Source of the DNA: a virus
Lineage: Duplodnaviria > Caudoviricetes
Reading direction: 5' to 3' (one strand)
DNA: 50,476 bases
Virus record (IMG/VR): IMGVR_UViG_3300003635_000005
Span: 1-50,476 of that record
The notes below the pieces were generated by a model. It was not told the DNA's origin and did not search any database. It worked only from the letters and a program-made list of their open reading frames with translations. The translations under genes and the position numbers were made by a program. This document shows, piece by piece, positions 18,780 to 27,913 of the stretch; position 1 is the first letter of the stretch; each line of letters opens with the position of its first letter.

Positions 18780-19987
18780 GCGAGACCGACAACACCGACG
18801 AGACCGAGAGCACCGAGGAGGAGACACCGATTGGCACCGAGTTTGACGTGCCACCCACGGGTATGCTGGCCCTTGACCGGACGGATCTTGAGGGCAACCG
18901 TTGCGTGGTGATTGCTCACCACAACACCCGTGCCGGAGACTTTACCGTGGCCGCCACGGGCAAGACCATAGCGGAGCACCAAAGCGAGTGGGAGGACGAG
19001 GAGTGGGCCGAGGACGTTGAGCGTGCTCCCGTGGTGGACGTTGCGTATAAGGGCCGCCTTGAGGAGCGGTGGGACGAGGAGTGGCAAGAGTGGCCCGCCT
19101 CGTTGCTCACGTATCGGGTGGGCAACGAGGGCATGAGGACTTACTCTTTCCCCGTCTCGCGGCTCCTCTTTGGCCCGGAGTATGCCGAGGTCATCAAGGA
19201 GCAAGGCCGGGAGCCGGCGGACACCACCAGCGAGACGCCAGCGGATCCGGGGTTGGTGGACGTGGCGTGCAAGGAGTGCGAGTTTGAGGCCGTGGAGGGT
19301 GACACCAAAGCGGATTATGCACTCCACTTTGAGGAGTGCCCGGAGTGCGGCGGAGAGATCCACGGGAGACTCGTTGACGCCGAGGAGGGAGACCTCGTGA
19401 CGGACGGCGGACTCTATGAGGCCACCACCACCGGCATGGCGTTTGACGGGGTGGAGGTGGACCTCACCACGCGGGCCACCGAGGACGGTGCGGACGCCGA
19501 GGACAAGGCCGAAAAGGTCCATATGGATCTCAAGGCCCGCTTTCAACGCCTCGCTCAAGCGTATGAGGAGGGCCAGCACCCGGACGAGGGCACGCCTTTC
19601 ATGAGCGTGGATTGGGAAAGCGTCCTCGGCCTTGACGAGGAGGACGGTGACGAGGAGTTGATGACGGACGGCGGCACCGTGGAGAAAGCGGAGCCGGACG
19701 AGACGCTCCTCCTCACGGACGAGGGCCTCCAAATGCCCGATATGCTCCGGGGATACGTGGGCCAATTCCACGTCAAGACCGCGGACATTACGGGCCAATT
19801 CAACACCACGGACTCGGGCCTCCCGGACACCGAGTATTATGACGGCGTGATTGCGGTGTATCCCGATGACGAGGGAGATTATAACCCGCACCTCGGGCCG
19901 GGCCTCATGGAGATCTATACCACCAACCCGGACGCCAGCAAGGTGTTTGAGGTTGTGGACAAGCGCACGGAGGAGGACAATGAGTGA
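18776..19987 (+). CDS. Hypothetical multi-domain protein with zinc ribbon
   Basis: CKEC..CPECGG; two TDGG motifs. Confidence 0.7.
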   Translation: MSETDNTDETESTEEETPIGTEFDVPPTGMLALDRTDLEGNRCVVIAHHNTRAGDFTVAATGKTIAEHQSEWEDEEWAEDVERAPVVDVAYKGRLEERWDEEWQEWPASLLTYRVGNEGMRTYSFPVSRLLFGPEYAEVIKEQGREPADTTSETPADPGLVDVACKECEFEAVEGDTKADYALHFEECPECGGEIHGRLVDAEEGDLVTDGGLYEATTTGMAFDGVEVDLTTRATEDGADAEDKAEKVHMDLKARFQRLAQAYEEGQHPDEGTPFMSVDWESVLGLDEEDGDEELMTDGGTVEKAEPDETLLLTDEGLQMPDMLRGYVGQFHVKTADITGQFNTTDSGLPDTEYYDGVIAVYPDDEGDYNPHLGPGLMEIYTTNPDASKVFEVVDKRTEEDNE

Positions 19988-20261
19988 GGACATTGACGAG
20001 GAGCGCCTCGCACGTCTCGCGGACTCACCGCTCGTGGAGTTAATCCTCGCGTGCGAGGACGTGGTGGACGCCGCGGACAAGATCCGTGACAATGACTATA
20101 TGTGGGACCGGCTCACGCGAGACGTTGCCAACTCGTGCAACTCAATCTCAAGCGAGGACACCGCCGAGGAGGTCATCACCGAGGCGCTTGAGCAAATGGA
20201 GCGATACGGACGCCTCGGCGTGCGGCCCGAGGACGAGGACACCGAGGAGGGAGACCAATGA
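19980..20261 (+). CDS. Hypothetical protein
   Basis: GGAGG SD, overlapping start, acidic. Confidence 0.65.
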   Translation: MSEDIDEERLARLADSPLVELILACEDVVDAADKIRDNDYMWDRLTRDVANSCNSISSEDTAEEVITEALEQMERYGRLGVRPEDEDTEEGDQ

Positions 20262-21721
20262 GCACCAGCAAACCCGAGACCGAGAGTGCGGACGAGGAGG
20301 ATAGTGCGGAGTTTAGCATTGACGAGATCCGGCGGCGGCTCCCCGGCCACCTCACCAGCAAACAGCAACGTGCGGCCATTTGCATGGTCCGCAACCCGGA
20401 CGCCTCGCTCAAGGACATTGGAGACAACACCGCCGTCTCCTCCAACACCGTCCTTGAGGCGCTCCGTGGCCTCGCTTTCGGCGTGGGCACCGGATCCAAC
20501 CACTCAACGGACCTTGCCGAGGTCTTTGCAAGGCGTGAGGGTCACAACATGGCGGAGACGTTTGACCAACTCACCGACAAGCAAAAGGCCGTGGTGGATT
20601 GGCTTGCCCGCCGCGAGGGCACGCTCTCCAAACTCCTTGACGAGGACAACGACAACCTCACCGGACCCATGGTGGCGGACGCCGTGGCCAGCAACGAGGA
20701 GTATGACGTTGCCGTAAGCAACTCATATCCTATCCGGGTGGTGCAAGAGTATGGGAGCCTCGTGGAGGAGCGCCGGGAGCAACTCGCACTTGAGGGAGAT
20801 CTCGGTGACGAGGACGAGGAGGTGGAGACCGTCAAGGGCCGCCGGCCTCGTGAGGTGCTGGCCTCCGCTGGCGTGGATCTCCCCGAGTCCAACCTTGACT
20901 CGTTGGACCTCGGTGACGCTCTCACGGAGCAACAACGGCTTGACGCCGCATATGACCGGGCCAATAGCAAGCGGGAGACGGAGCCGGTCACGGAGGAGGA
21001 CCGTGAGCAATACACCGCACCATACGGGTGCCCGTCTTGCGGTCATCAAGAGCGTGAGGACTTTTGTAGCAAGTGCGGGCATGACAAGCGGTATGAGGAC
21101 GCAAAAGAGGACGCCAGCGGATCCGACGAGACCGAGGAGGAGACGCCGGACCACGCGGCGGACCTCACCGCTGGTGACGCCGAGGAGAGCGAGGACGAGG
21201 CGGAGCGTGACCTATCCGACGAGTTGGACCAACCGCTCGTGGACTCTCCCGAGGCGCTCACGGACGCTCTCAACGGCCTCACGGAGCGGCTTGAGGAGCA
21301 CGAGCGTGCGCTTGACACCCTCCGCGAGTCCGCGGTGACGGAGGACGAGGTGGAGAGTATCCTCAACAACTTTGAGGAGCGCATGAGGGCCGCACTTGAG
21401 ACCCACCGTGAGACCACGGTGGAGCACGTGGAGGAGGAGTTGTTGGACGAGGTGATGGACGAGGTTGACCACCGGCTCCACAACTCCGTCAAGGCGGATC
21501 TCAAGCGCGAGGAGTATATGGCGGAGCACCCCACGGACGCCGAGGCCAACGGACGCCTCGGCCTCGTGCTTGACGAGTTGACCACGCTGGCCGAGAGCGG
21601 TGCCGAGGTCTCCGGCCTTGAGGTCAACGAGCGCCGCCACTCCCGTGAGTATGTCCTCACGGTGGACACCGGAGACGCCAGCGAGTCCATGACCACCGAG
21701 GACGCCGAGGTGAGCCGATGA
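20258..21721 (+). CDS. HTH-, zinc-ribbon- and coiled-coil-containing protein
   Basis: LT.KQ..A repeated twice, PDASLKDIG....VS..TV HTH-like segment, CPSC..CSKC. Confidence 0.6.
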   Translation: MSTSKPETESADEEDSAEFSIDEIRRRLPGHLTSKQQRAAICMVRNPDASLKDIGDNTAVSSNTVLEALRGLAFGVGTGSNHSTDLAEVFARREGHNMAETFDQLTDKQKAVVDWLARREGTLSKLLDEDNDNLTGPMVADAVASNEEYDVAVSNSYPIRVVQEYGSLVEERREQLALEGDLGDEDEEVETVKGRRPREVLASAGVDLPESNLDSLDLGDALTEQQRLDAAYDRANSKRETEPVTEEDREQYTAPYGCPSCGHQEREDFCSKCGHDKRYEDAKEDASGSDETEEETPDHAADLTAGDAEESEDEAERDLSDELDQPLVDSPEALTDALNGLTERLEEHERALDTLRESAVTEDEVESILNNFEERMRAALETHRETTVEHVEEELLDEVMDEVDHRLHNSVKADLKREEYMAEHPTDAEANGRLGLVLDELTTLAESGAEVSGLEVNERRHSREYVLTVDTGDASESMTTEDAEVSR

Positions 21722-21933
21722 CCTCCGCCGCTTACGATACGGAGACGGCCCGCACGGTCAAGGACGAGTTGCGAGACCATGACGGGGAGTGGTATCCCGT
21801 GGAGGATCTCGTGGAGCGGGTGGCCCTCCTCACGGGCCGCAACGAGGACGCCGTGGAGGCCACCGTGGAGGAGTTGCGCCGGTGCGGTGAGATATACGGC
21901 CCGATGGACGAGGGCCTCAAGGTGACGCCATGA
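21718..21933 (+). CDS. Small winged-helix-like protein
   Basis: VE..VE.L...GEIY.P motif resembling MCM C-terminal wHTH. Confidence 0.5.
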   Translation: MTSAAYDTETARTVKDELRDHDGEWYPVEDLVERVALLTGRNEDAVEATVEELRRCGEIYGPMDEGLKVTP

Positions 21934-22226
21934 GCGCCGAGAGCGAGACCGTGCCCGAGGACACCGACGAGTCCGACGAGGTGCCGGCGTGCGAGACCAC
22001 GCTCATGGCAAGCGAGTGGGAGACCAAAGACGCCGCGGTTTTCCCACCGGGATACCCGCGGCTTTGCCCGCACGAGGAGTGCTTTGGCCAGCACGTGCCG
22101 GACGAGAGTTGGGCCGAGGACGGCACCGCGGCGTTTGACCACGCCGAGGTCACGGACACTCTCGTGCGGGCCAGCAAGTCAAGCACCTCCCGCCGTATGC
22201 ACCTCCCCGAGGTGGACCACTCGTGA
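21930..22226 (+). CDS. Hypothetical protein
   Basis: ATGA overlap; acidic, Cys-containing. Confidence 0.6.
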   Translation: MSAESETVPEDTDESDEVPACETTLMASEWETKDAAVFPPGYPRLCPHEECFGQHVPDESWAEDGTAAFDHAEVTDTLVRASKSSTSRRMHLPEVDHS

Positions 22227-22465
22227 GGTCACGCAAGACCGACGAGGACAAAGAGGACGAGGACCGCGGGCCTTACACCCCGCCAGCACGCCGGAGGCCG
22301 CTCTATACGGGCACGTCCACCCGATACACTCCGCCACGCCGCGGGCCGAGAGTGTGGTTGTGGATCCTCGGCCTCCTCGTGTTTGTCATCCTCGTGCTGG
22401 TGGCCATATGGATTGGCTCCATGAGAGCGGACGCATGGTGGGAGTGGCTCCGGTGGTTGGCATGA
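22223..22465 (+). CDS. Small membrane protein
   Basis: GTGA overlap; one strongly hydrophobic helix. Confidence 0.6.
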   Translation: MRSRKTDEDKEDEDRGPYTPPARRRPLYTGTSTRYTPPRRGPRVWLWILGLLVFVILVLVAIWIGSMRADAWWEWLRWLA

Positions 22466-23367
22466 GTCTTGACCACCTTGAGGAGATCTATGAGGCGTTG
22501 CCCGAGTCCGTGGCGGGCCGTATCGGCACGTTTGCCGAGGCTTACAAGTCCACGCTCGTGGACATGGAGTGGTCCGTCAAGCCGTATGGTGACGCCTCAA
22601 GCGGGCCTCCCGCTGGTGGCCTCACCCTCGGCAACCTCAATCCGTGCGTCCACCTCACGGTGACGTGGGAGGCCGAGGAGCGTGCGTTGGTCTTTGACGA
22701 GGCCGGGGAGTTTGAGGACACCCTCGGTGCAATCAATCGCACCAGCATAACGCTCAACGGCAACCCGCCACCCGAGGCGGCCCGAGACAACAACACCACC
22801 CTCACCGAGTGGGGGCCGGAGGATCCGGGAGCCGGCAACGCACGCGGCACGTTTGTGGTGCCGGTGTATGACCGGGATAAGGACTTTCGGCACGCTGGTG
22901 AGCAACTTGAGCACGCCACGCACCACGAGGTCACGGACAAGGGCAACCACAAGGGAGTGCGGTATATGCTCCTCCGCCGGTGGGTGCCCACGCCGGAGGA
23001 CTTTGACCTTGACACTCGGCTTGAGTGGTGGAGTGGATACGTGGTGATGGGCCGAGGAGACCACGAGGAGTGGACGGCTTACAACCTCCCTCCCACCGTG
23101 GGCAACCCCGGTGTCAACGTGCCCTCGCTGGCCTATCCCAACCGGGAGCACGCCGGAGACATGCGCACCCGAGAGTTTGGAGACACTCACGGGTGGATTG
23201 GGTGGGACTCGGCCAAAGGCGGAGACCTCACCCACAAGAGAGCACTCCGCAAGACGCACCTCCTTTGCACGGCGGTGCGTGAGTTGTGGGAGGATCTCGG
23301 CGTTGAGCCGAGTGAGGTGTATGCCGAGGCCAGCAAGGAGGTGCCCAAATGCCTATCCGCGACTTGA
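22462..23367 (+). CDS. Hypothetical protein
   Basis: ATGA overlap with the upstream stop; 301 aa. Confidence 0.65.
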   Translation: MSLDHLEEIYEALPESVAGRIGTFAEAYKSTLVDMEWSVKPYGDASSGPPAGGLTLGNLNPCVHLTVTWEAEERALVFDEAGEFEDTLGAINRTSITLNGNPPPEAARDNNTTLTEWGPEDPGAGNARGTFVVPVYDRDKDFRHAGEQLEHATHHEVTDKGNHKGVRYMLLRRWVPTPEDFDLDTRLEWWSGYVVMGRGDHEEWTAYNLPPTVGNPGVNVPSLAYPNREHAGDMRTREFGDTHGWIGWDSAKGGDLTHKRALRKTHLLCTAVRELWEDLGVEPSEVYAEASKEVPKCLSAT

Positions 23368-23660
23368 GCGATTGGACCACCGCGGGTGGTATCGTTGCCT
23401 CCCTCCAAAAGGGTGTCCGGCTCAAGACGGACGTGAGCAAGCCGGGTGCCGCTGGCCCGGTGTATCTTGAGGAGGGTGACGAGACGTGCTTTGAGTGCGG
23501 TTGCCTAATCACGGGAGACCACTATCCGGGAGCCGGATATGGCAACCTCCTCGGCAATCAAAAACTCAAGTATGGAGACACCGCGTGCCCGGAGCACCTT
23601 GAGGATCTCCGGGAGCAAGCGCCGGACGGCGATTGGCACGAGCGCCGAGAGCACTACTAA
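23349..23660 (+). CDS. CxxC/CxxH zinc-finger protein
   Basis: GGAGGTG SD; CFEC...CPEH; followed by a T-run. Confidence 0.65.
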   Translation: MPIRDLSDWTTAGGIVASLQKGVRLKTDVSKPGAAGPVYLEEGDETCFECGCLITGDHYPGAGYGNLLGNQKLKYGDTACPEHLEDLREQAPDGDWHERREHY

Positions 23661-23706
23661 CACCCCGAGGCTCACCCCTTTTTGTTAACGGCGGCTTACT
23701 CCACCC

Positions 23707-24168
23707 ATGAGCGCAAGCAAAGGCTCACGAGTGGAGCGCGAGTTGGTCAACCTACTCCTTGACCTCGGGTTTGAGATTATGCGGGCACCGTCCTCGGGAG
23801 CGGCCACGTCACGAGATCTCCCGGACGTGCTGGCCGGCAACGGTGACGGACTCATTGTGGCCGTGGAGTTGAAAGCGTGGAAAGACGGCACGCACTACTT
23901 TGACGAGGAGGAGGTGGCCGCTCTCCAACGGTTTGCAAACGGTTTTCACCCGGACACCGTGCCGCTCCTCGGCACCCGGTGGAATCAAGACACTCGGTTT
24001 TACGTTGCGAGGCCGGACGCCGAGGCGCTCCACCGGACGGACTCGGGCAACGTGCGTGCGAAAAAGGAGGTGGCCCGCGAGGAGTGGGAGACGTTGGAGG
24101 ACTATGTGAGCCGCAATTGGGAGGGTCTCCGTGACCACCAGCACTCTCAATCTCACTCTCCGGTATAA
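23707..24168 (+). CDS. hjc: Archaeal Holliday junction resolvase
   Basis: KG.R.ERELV..L...GF...RAPSSG....LPDVLAG.....AVELK, the Hjc PD-(D/E)xK signature. Confidence 0.92.
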   Translation: MSASKGSRVERELVNLLLDLGFEIMRAPSSGAATSRDLPDVLAGNGDGLIVAVELKAWKDGTHYFDEEEVAALQRFANGFHPDTVPLLGTRWNQDTRFYVARPDAEALHRTDSGNVRAKKEVAREEWETLEDYVSRNWEGLRDHQHSQSHSPV

Positions 24169-24173
24169 TTAAG
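24149..24173 (+). promoter_or_regulatory. TATCTCAC-class promoter of the vWA gene
   Basis: AATCTCAC tct CCGGTA TAATTAAG. Confidence 0.75.
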
Positions 24174-24210
24174 AGGCTCCTTACCCAACGTCCGGGTGAG
24201 TTGAGCCACA

Positions 24211-26391
24211 ATGCAAGAGAGTAAGGCACTCGCTCGTTGGCTCCGTGACCTCACGGCCACGTATCACAACGAGGGAGACAAGGTTGACGTTGAGTTAACG
24301 GATCCGCGGGAGGGGAGTTATGCCGCACGAGACGGCTCCCATATCGGTATCAACCCCGCGGTGGAGGAGACCTTTGGAGTTGACGTGGAGCGGCCCAACC
24401 AACTCCGGGTAATATCGGACACCACGAGTCACGAGGTGGAGCACGTCAACGAGAGCGTGCTCACCCACAAGGCCGACTTTGCGGACGAGTATCCCATGGC
24501 GGCGGACGCCGCTGGCATGGTCCAAAACGTCCTTGAGGACACCTATATTGACCGCACCCGCACGGAGCGGTTTAGGGGCCTCCGGCGTGCTCACGCTTTC
24601 AAGATTGACACAATCATGGCCAATGACGAGGCCCGGCCACCCATGGAGGAGTGCAACCGTGGGCAAGCCTTTGTGGAGGGATTCTTGCAAGTGGCGTTTG
24701 CTGGCGGCGCAAAGGGAGACGTGACCGCTCACGAGGATCTTGAGGAGTGGTTGGAGTGGGTCAAGCCCATGATTGACCGTTGCCGGCATACCGACAACCC
24801 GGCGGGCCGGTATGAGATCTCCCACAAGGTCATGGTCAAACTCCTCACGTATCTCCCCGAGGAGGAGGCCCGCAAGCAAGCCAACGAGGCGGCGGACTCG
24901 GCGGCGGACGGCAACACCACGGACAAGACCGGAGACACCAGCGGTGACGCCGAGGATTGGAGCAAGGAGGAGGTGGAGGAGCACCTCAAGAGCCTCACCA
25001 AAGAGGACGTTGAGGACATGGACGGCGGTGAGGGAGGCCAAACGATTGACCCCGACGAGTTGGACGTGGACGAGGACGAGTTGGACTTTGATTGGGAGGA
25101 TCTCCCCGAGGGTGACGGCGGCGGTGGCGGCCCGGACACCACCGAGGAGGACGAGAGTGACGAGGGAGACGGCGGAGACGCCGGTGAGGAGGACGAGGAC
25201 GGTGACGAGGGAGACGGCGGAGACGCCGGTGAGGAGGACGAGGACGGTGACGAGTCCGATGACACCACCGGCGGTGACGAGGACGGTGAGGACGGCAACG
25301 AGGACACCGAGGAGGACGGTGACGGTGAGGACACCAGCGGTGAGGAGGATGACGCCGAGGACGTGAGCAACAAGAGCGGTGACGAGACCGCTCCCGGAGA
25401 GTTGGAAAACTCCGGCGGAGACCACGGACGAGGTGACGAGTTGGACGAGGACGTGGAGTTTGCTGGCCGCTCCGGTGAGTGGCACGGCCTCACGCAAGAG
25501 GAGGACTATGAGAGTCCGGGAGAGCAATGGGAGCGGCGTGCCGAGGCCATTGACCGGGAGGCCATGGAGGGCCAAACGGATCTCGGCCAACTCAAGCACG
25601 AGCGCCACGAGCGCATGGCCGAGGCGCAAGACTTTGGCCGGCAAAACTCCCACCGAGTCCGGGAGATCCTCCGTGACGAGGACACCGCTCAAGAGTTGAT
25701 TGACGCTTTCCGCCGGCTCCGCACGCGAGACGTTAAGGTGCCCGTCACCAGCGGTGAGGAGATCCACCTCAAAAACGCAATCCAACACCTCGCGGGAGAC
25801 TATACGGTGGAGCAAGTGTATCAACGCACCCGCCGGATTGAGACGGGAGACCGTGCCCTTGCCGTGAGTTGTGACCTATCCGGCTCCATGCGGCTCATGT
25901 CCGCTCTCACGGCTCTCGGTGCGTGCTACATATGCACCCGAGAGATTGGTGATGACTTTGCCGCCGTGGGATTTCACGGAGGCAACAACACCCCACTAAT
26001 CAAGGCGTTTGACGAGACGTGGGAGTGGGAGTTGGTGGACGGCGTGACCGCTGGCGGATCCACTCCCATGCCCGCCGGGATTGACACCGCACTCAATCTC
26101 TTTGACGGCGTGCGAGGCAAGGAGCGGGTGCTCATAGTCATCACGGACGGCATGGCCAACACCTCGTTGGACGGCGGAGACCCCGCCGAGGAGAGCGCAA
26201 GCCTCGTCACCACCGCTCAACAAGAGGGTGTCAAGGTCATTGGCCTCGGCGTTGGTGGTGTCAACGAGGAGTATATGCGCCGGATCTTTGGGAGTGACGG
26301 GTATGTGCTGGCGGACTCTCACAAGTTGGCCGAGGCGCTCATTGAGATCTATTACCGCCAAATGGATCTCGTCAAGGAGGGAGTGGTCTAA
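24211..26391 (+). CDS. HEXXH metallopeptidase-like + acidic linker + vWA (MIDAS) protein, MoxR partner
   Basis: HEVEH..N..ED..I; D/E/G linker; DLSGS, GG.TP and LIVITDG MIDAS motifs. Confidence 0.85.
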   Translation: MQESKALARWLRDLTATYHNEGDKVDVELTDPREGSYAARDGSHIGINPAVEETFGVDVERPNQLRVISDTTSHEVEHVNESVLTHKADFADEYPMAADAAGMVQNVLEDTYIDRTRTERFRGLRRAHAFKIDTIMANDEARPPMEECNRGQAFVEGFLQVAFAGGAKGDVTAHEDLEEWLEWVKPMIDRCRHTDNPAGRYEISHKVMVKLLTYLPEEEARKQANEAADSAADGNTTDKTGDTSGDAEDWSKEEVEEHLKSLTKEDVEDMDGGEGGQTIDPDELDVDEDELDFDWEDLPEGDGGGGGPDTTEEDESDEGDGGDAGEEDEDGDEGDGGDAGEEDEDGDESDDTTGGDEDGEDGNEDTEEDGDGEDTSGEEDDAEDVSNKSGDETAPGELENSGGDHGRGDELDEDVEFAGRSGEWHGLTQEEDYESPGEQWERRAEAIDREAMEGQTDLGQLKHERHERMAEAQDFGRQNSHRVREILRDEDTAQELIDAFRRLRTRDVKVPVTSGEEIHLKNAIQHLAGDYTVEQVYQRTRRIETGDRALAVSCDLSGSMRLMSALTALGACYICTREIGDDFAAVGFHGGNNTPLIKAFDETWEWELVDGVTAGGSTPMPAGIDTALNLFDGVRGKERVLIVITDGMANTSLDGGDPAEESASLVTTAQQEGVKVIGLGVGGVNEEYMRRIFGSDGYVLADSHKLAEALIEIYYRQMDLVKEGVV
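25157..25254 (+). repeat. 45-bp tandem repeat (2 copies plus a partial) in the acidic linker
   Basis: GTGACGAGGGAGACGGCGGAGACGCCGGTGAGGAGGACGAGGACG x2. Confidence 0.9.
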
Positions 26392-26702
26392 TGCTCACCC
26401 GTATCAAGGAGGCTCTCGGCCTCACGCCAAAGACAAAGCCGTGCGGGTGCCCGTGGCCGTCTCGTGGTGGATACCGGAGCGTGCGGCCACCGGACGCCAG
26501 CGAGACCGGGGAGTATCTCCGTGAGGTGGACGAGAGCAAGCCGTCCACCGTGGTCACGCGGCACTTGCAAGTCACCATGTACCGTTGCCACGAGTGCGGT
26601 GAGACCTTTGAGCAAGAGGGGCCGTGCGTGGGCAAGACAATCCGGTGGGAGGACGGTGAGGTGGAGCGCACCGGCCTCATTGCGGCCATGGAGGACTCAT
26701 GA
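26391..26702 (+). CDS. Hypothetical CxxC protein
   Basis: TAATG coupling; CHECG. Confidence 0.6.
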   Translation: MLTRIKEALGLTPKTKPCGCPWPSRGGYRSVRPPDASETGEYLREVDESKPSTVVTRHLQVTMYRCHECGETFEQEGPCVGKTIRWEDGEVERTGLIAAMEDS

Positions 26703-26989
26703 ACGTTGGAGGAGATCTTATGGGTGAAAACCAGCACCTCATACCCGAGACGGAGATTGAGAGCAACAACGCGGCGTTGTCGGACGTGGAGAGCCTATGC
26801 GGAGAGCACTTTGACCACGTGGGCACCTACAATGTCCACTCGTGGGCCGGGTTTAGAGGCATGGAGGGCATGGAGGAGTATCTTGAGGAGAAAGCGGAGA
26901 CGTTGTGCCGGGAGTGCTTGCAAATAGCAACGCGGCACCACGGGTGGCCAGCAACCGCCGAGGTGCTCAAGGAGGTCCACCATGAGTGA
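26699..26989 (+). CDS. Hypothetical Cys/His protein
   Basis: H...LCG...CREC. Confidence 0.6.
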   Translation: MNVGGDLMGENQHLIPETEIESNNAALSDVESLCGEHFDHVGTYNVHSWAGFRGMEGMEEYLEEKAETLCRECLQIATRHHGWPATAEVLKEVHHE

Positions 26990-27656
26990 TGACAAGCCGG
27001 AGTGGGCAAAGCGCAATGACGAGATCCACAAGACCCTCACGGAGGCCGGCAAGGCGCTCAAAGACAAGGACACCCCTATCTCGGTGGAGGATCTCGCGGA
27101 CAACCGGATTGGAGACATAGCACGTGCCGAGGAGGAGCGGTTGGTCCGCACGCTCTTTGAGCGGATCCGGGAGGCCGAGGTGGAGGTGCATGACCCTCAA
27201 TTTGTGACGGACCCCGAGGATCTTGAGCCGGGCACCATGGACACCAGCACGGAGCGTGCTGGCCGGATTGACGCCGAGGGTGAGCCGCTCACCATTGACC
27301 ATATATATGACGCCGCCGAGATTGCCGAGAGCAACGGCTTTAGGGTGGACGCAAATGGGTGGGAGTGGTGGCTCCACCCGCGGCAACTCAACAATCTCCG
27401 TGATGACGAGGACGTAAAGCACCACCTCGCTGGTGCTGGCCCGGTCCTTGAGGCGGAGGAGGGAGAGTATGCCGCGGAGATTATCGGCACGCCAATCCGC
27501 ACTTTCCCGCAATTCCCGCGGGCCGCCGCTCTCCTCATTGACCCCGAGACGTTGGAGCCGGAGCACGCCGTGGGGAGCCGCGTGCCCAAAGCGGTGCTGG
27601 TGCGAGATCCACGCCGCGTGGTCCGTATCACCGGCCTCGGTCTCTCCCCGGACTAA
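26982..27656 (+). CDS. Hypothetical protein
   Basis: GGAGG SD; acidic, 224 aa. Confidence 0.7.
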   Translation: MSDDKPEWAKRNDEIHKTLTEAGKALKDKDTPISVEDLADNRIGDIARAEEERLVRTLFERIREAEVEVHDPQFVTDPEDLEPGTMDTSTERAGRIDAEGEPLTIDHIYDAAEIAESNGFRVDANGWEWWLHPRQLNNLRDDEDVKHHLAGAGPVLEAEEGEYAAEIIGTPIRTFPQFPRAAALLIDPETLEPEHAVGSRVPKAVLVRDPRRVVRITGLGLSPD

Positions 27657-27675
27657 CCCCGGCCTCTTTAACCCC

Positions 27676-27830
27676 GGACGGCATACGTCCGCGTGCGGTG
27701 TTGTCGGACATGACCACCGCGGCGGGCCGTGCATTGTGGCTCACCTAACAATCCTCGGCCCGCTCACCTCCGCACTAACATAGTGCGGCGGTGGCATATC
27801 GGCTCACTACTCACCACCCGAAAGCGGTGC
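27676..27830 (+). ncRNA. Candidate structured multi-guide antisense RNA (predicted 5' end ~27695)
   Basis: Follows TCTTTAACCCCGG, the same 13-mer as before the tRNA; consecutive hairpins; 14/14 and 16/17 antisense matches to viral start-codon regions. Confidence 0.65.
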
Positions 27831-27851
27831 TTAACGGCTCCCCGTCCTCCG

Positions 27852-27876
27852 TATCTCACTATCCGGTATAACTAAG
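27852..27876 (+). promoter_or_regulatory. TATCTCAC-class promoter of the AAA+ gene
   Basis: TATCTCAC tat CCGGTA TAACTAAG. Confidence 0.75.
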
Positions 27877-27913
27877 TAGGTCCGTGCTAAACAAGCGAGT
27901 GGATTGAGCCACA

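Noticed and set aside
27676-27830. Element as a tRNA, mini-CRISPR array or protein-coding gene
   Set aside because: No D/T-loop consensus or acceptor stem; the hairpins are not sequence repeats; overlapping ORFs lack acidic halophile composition.
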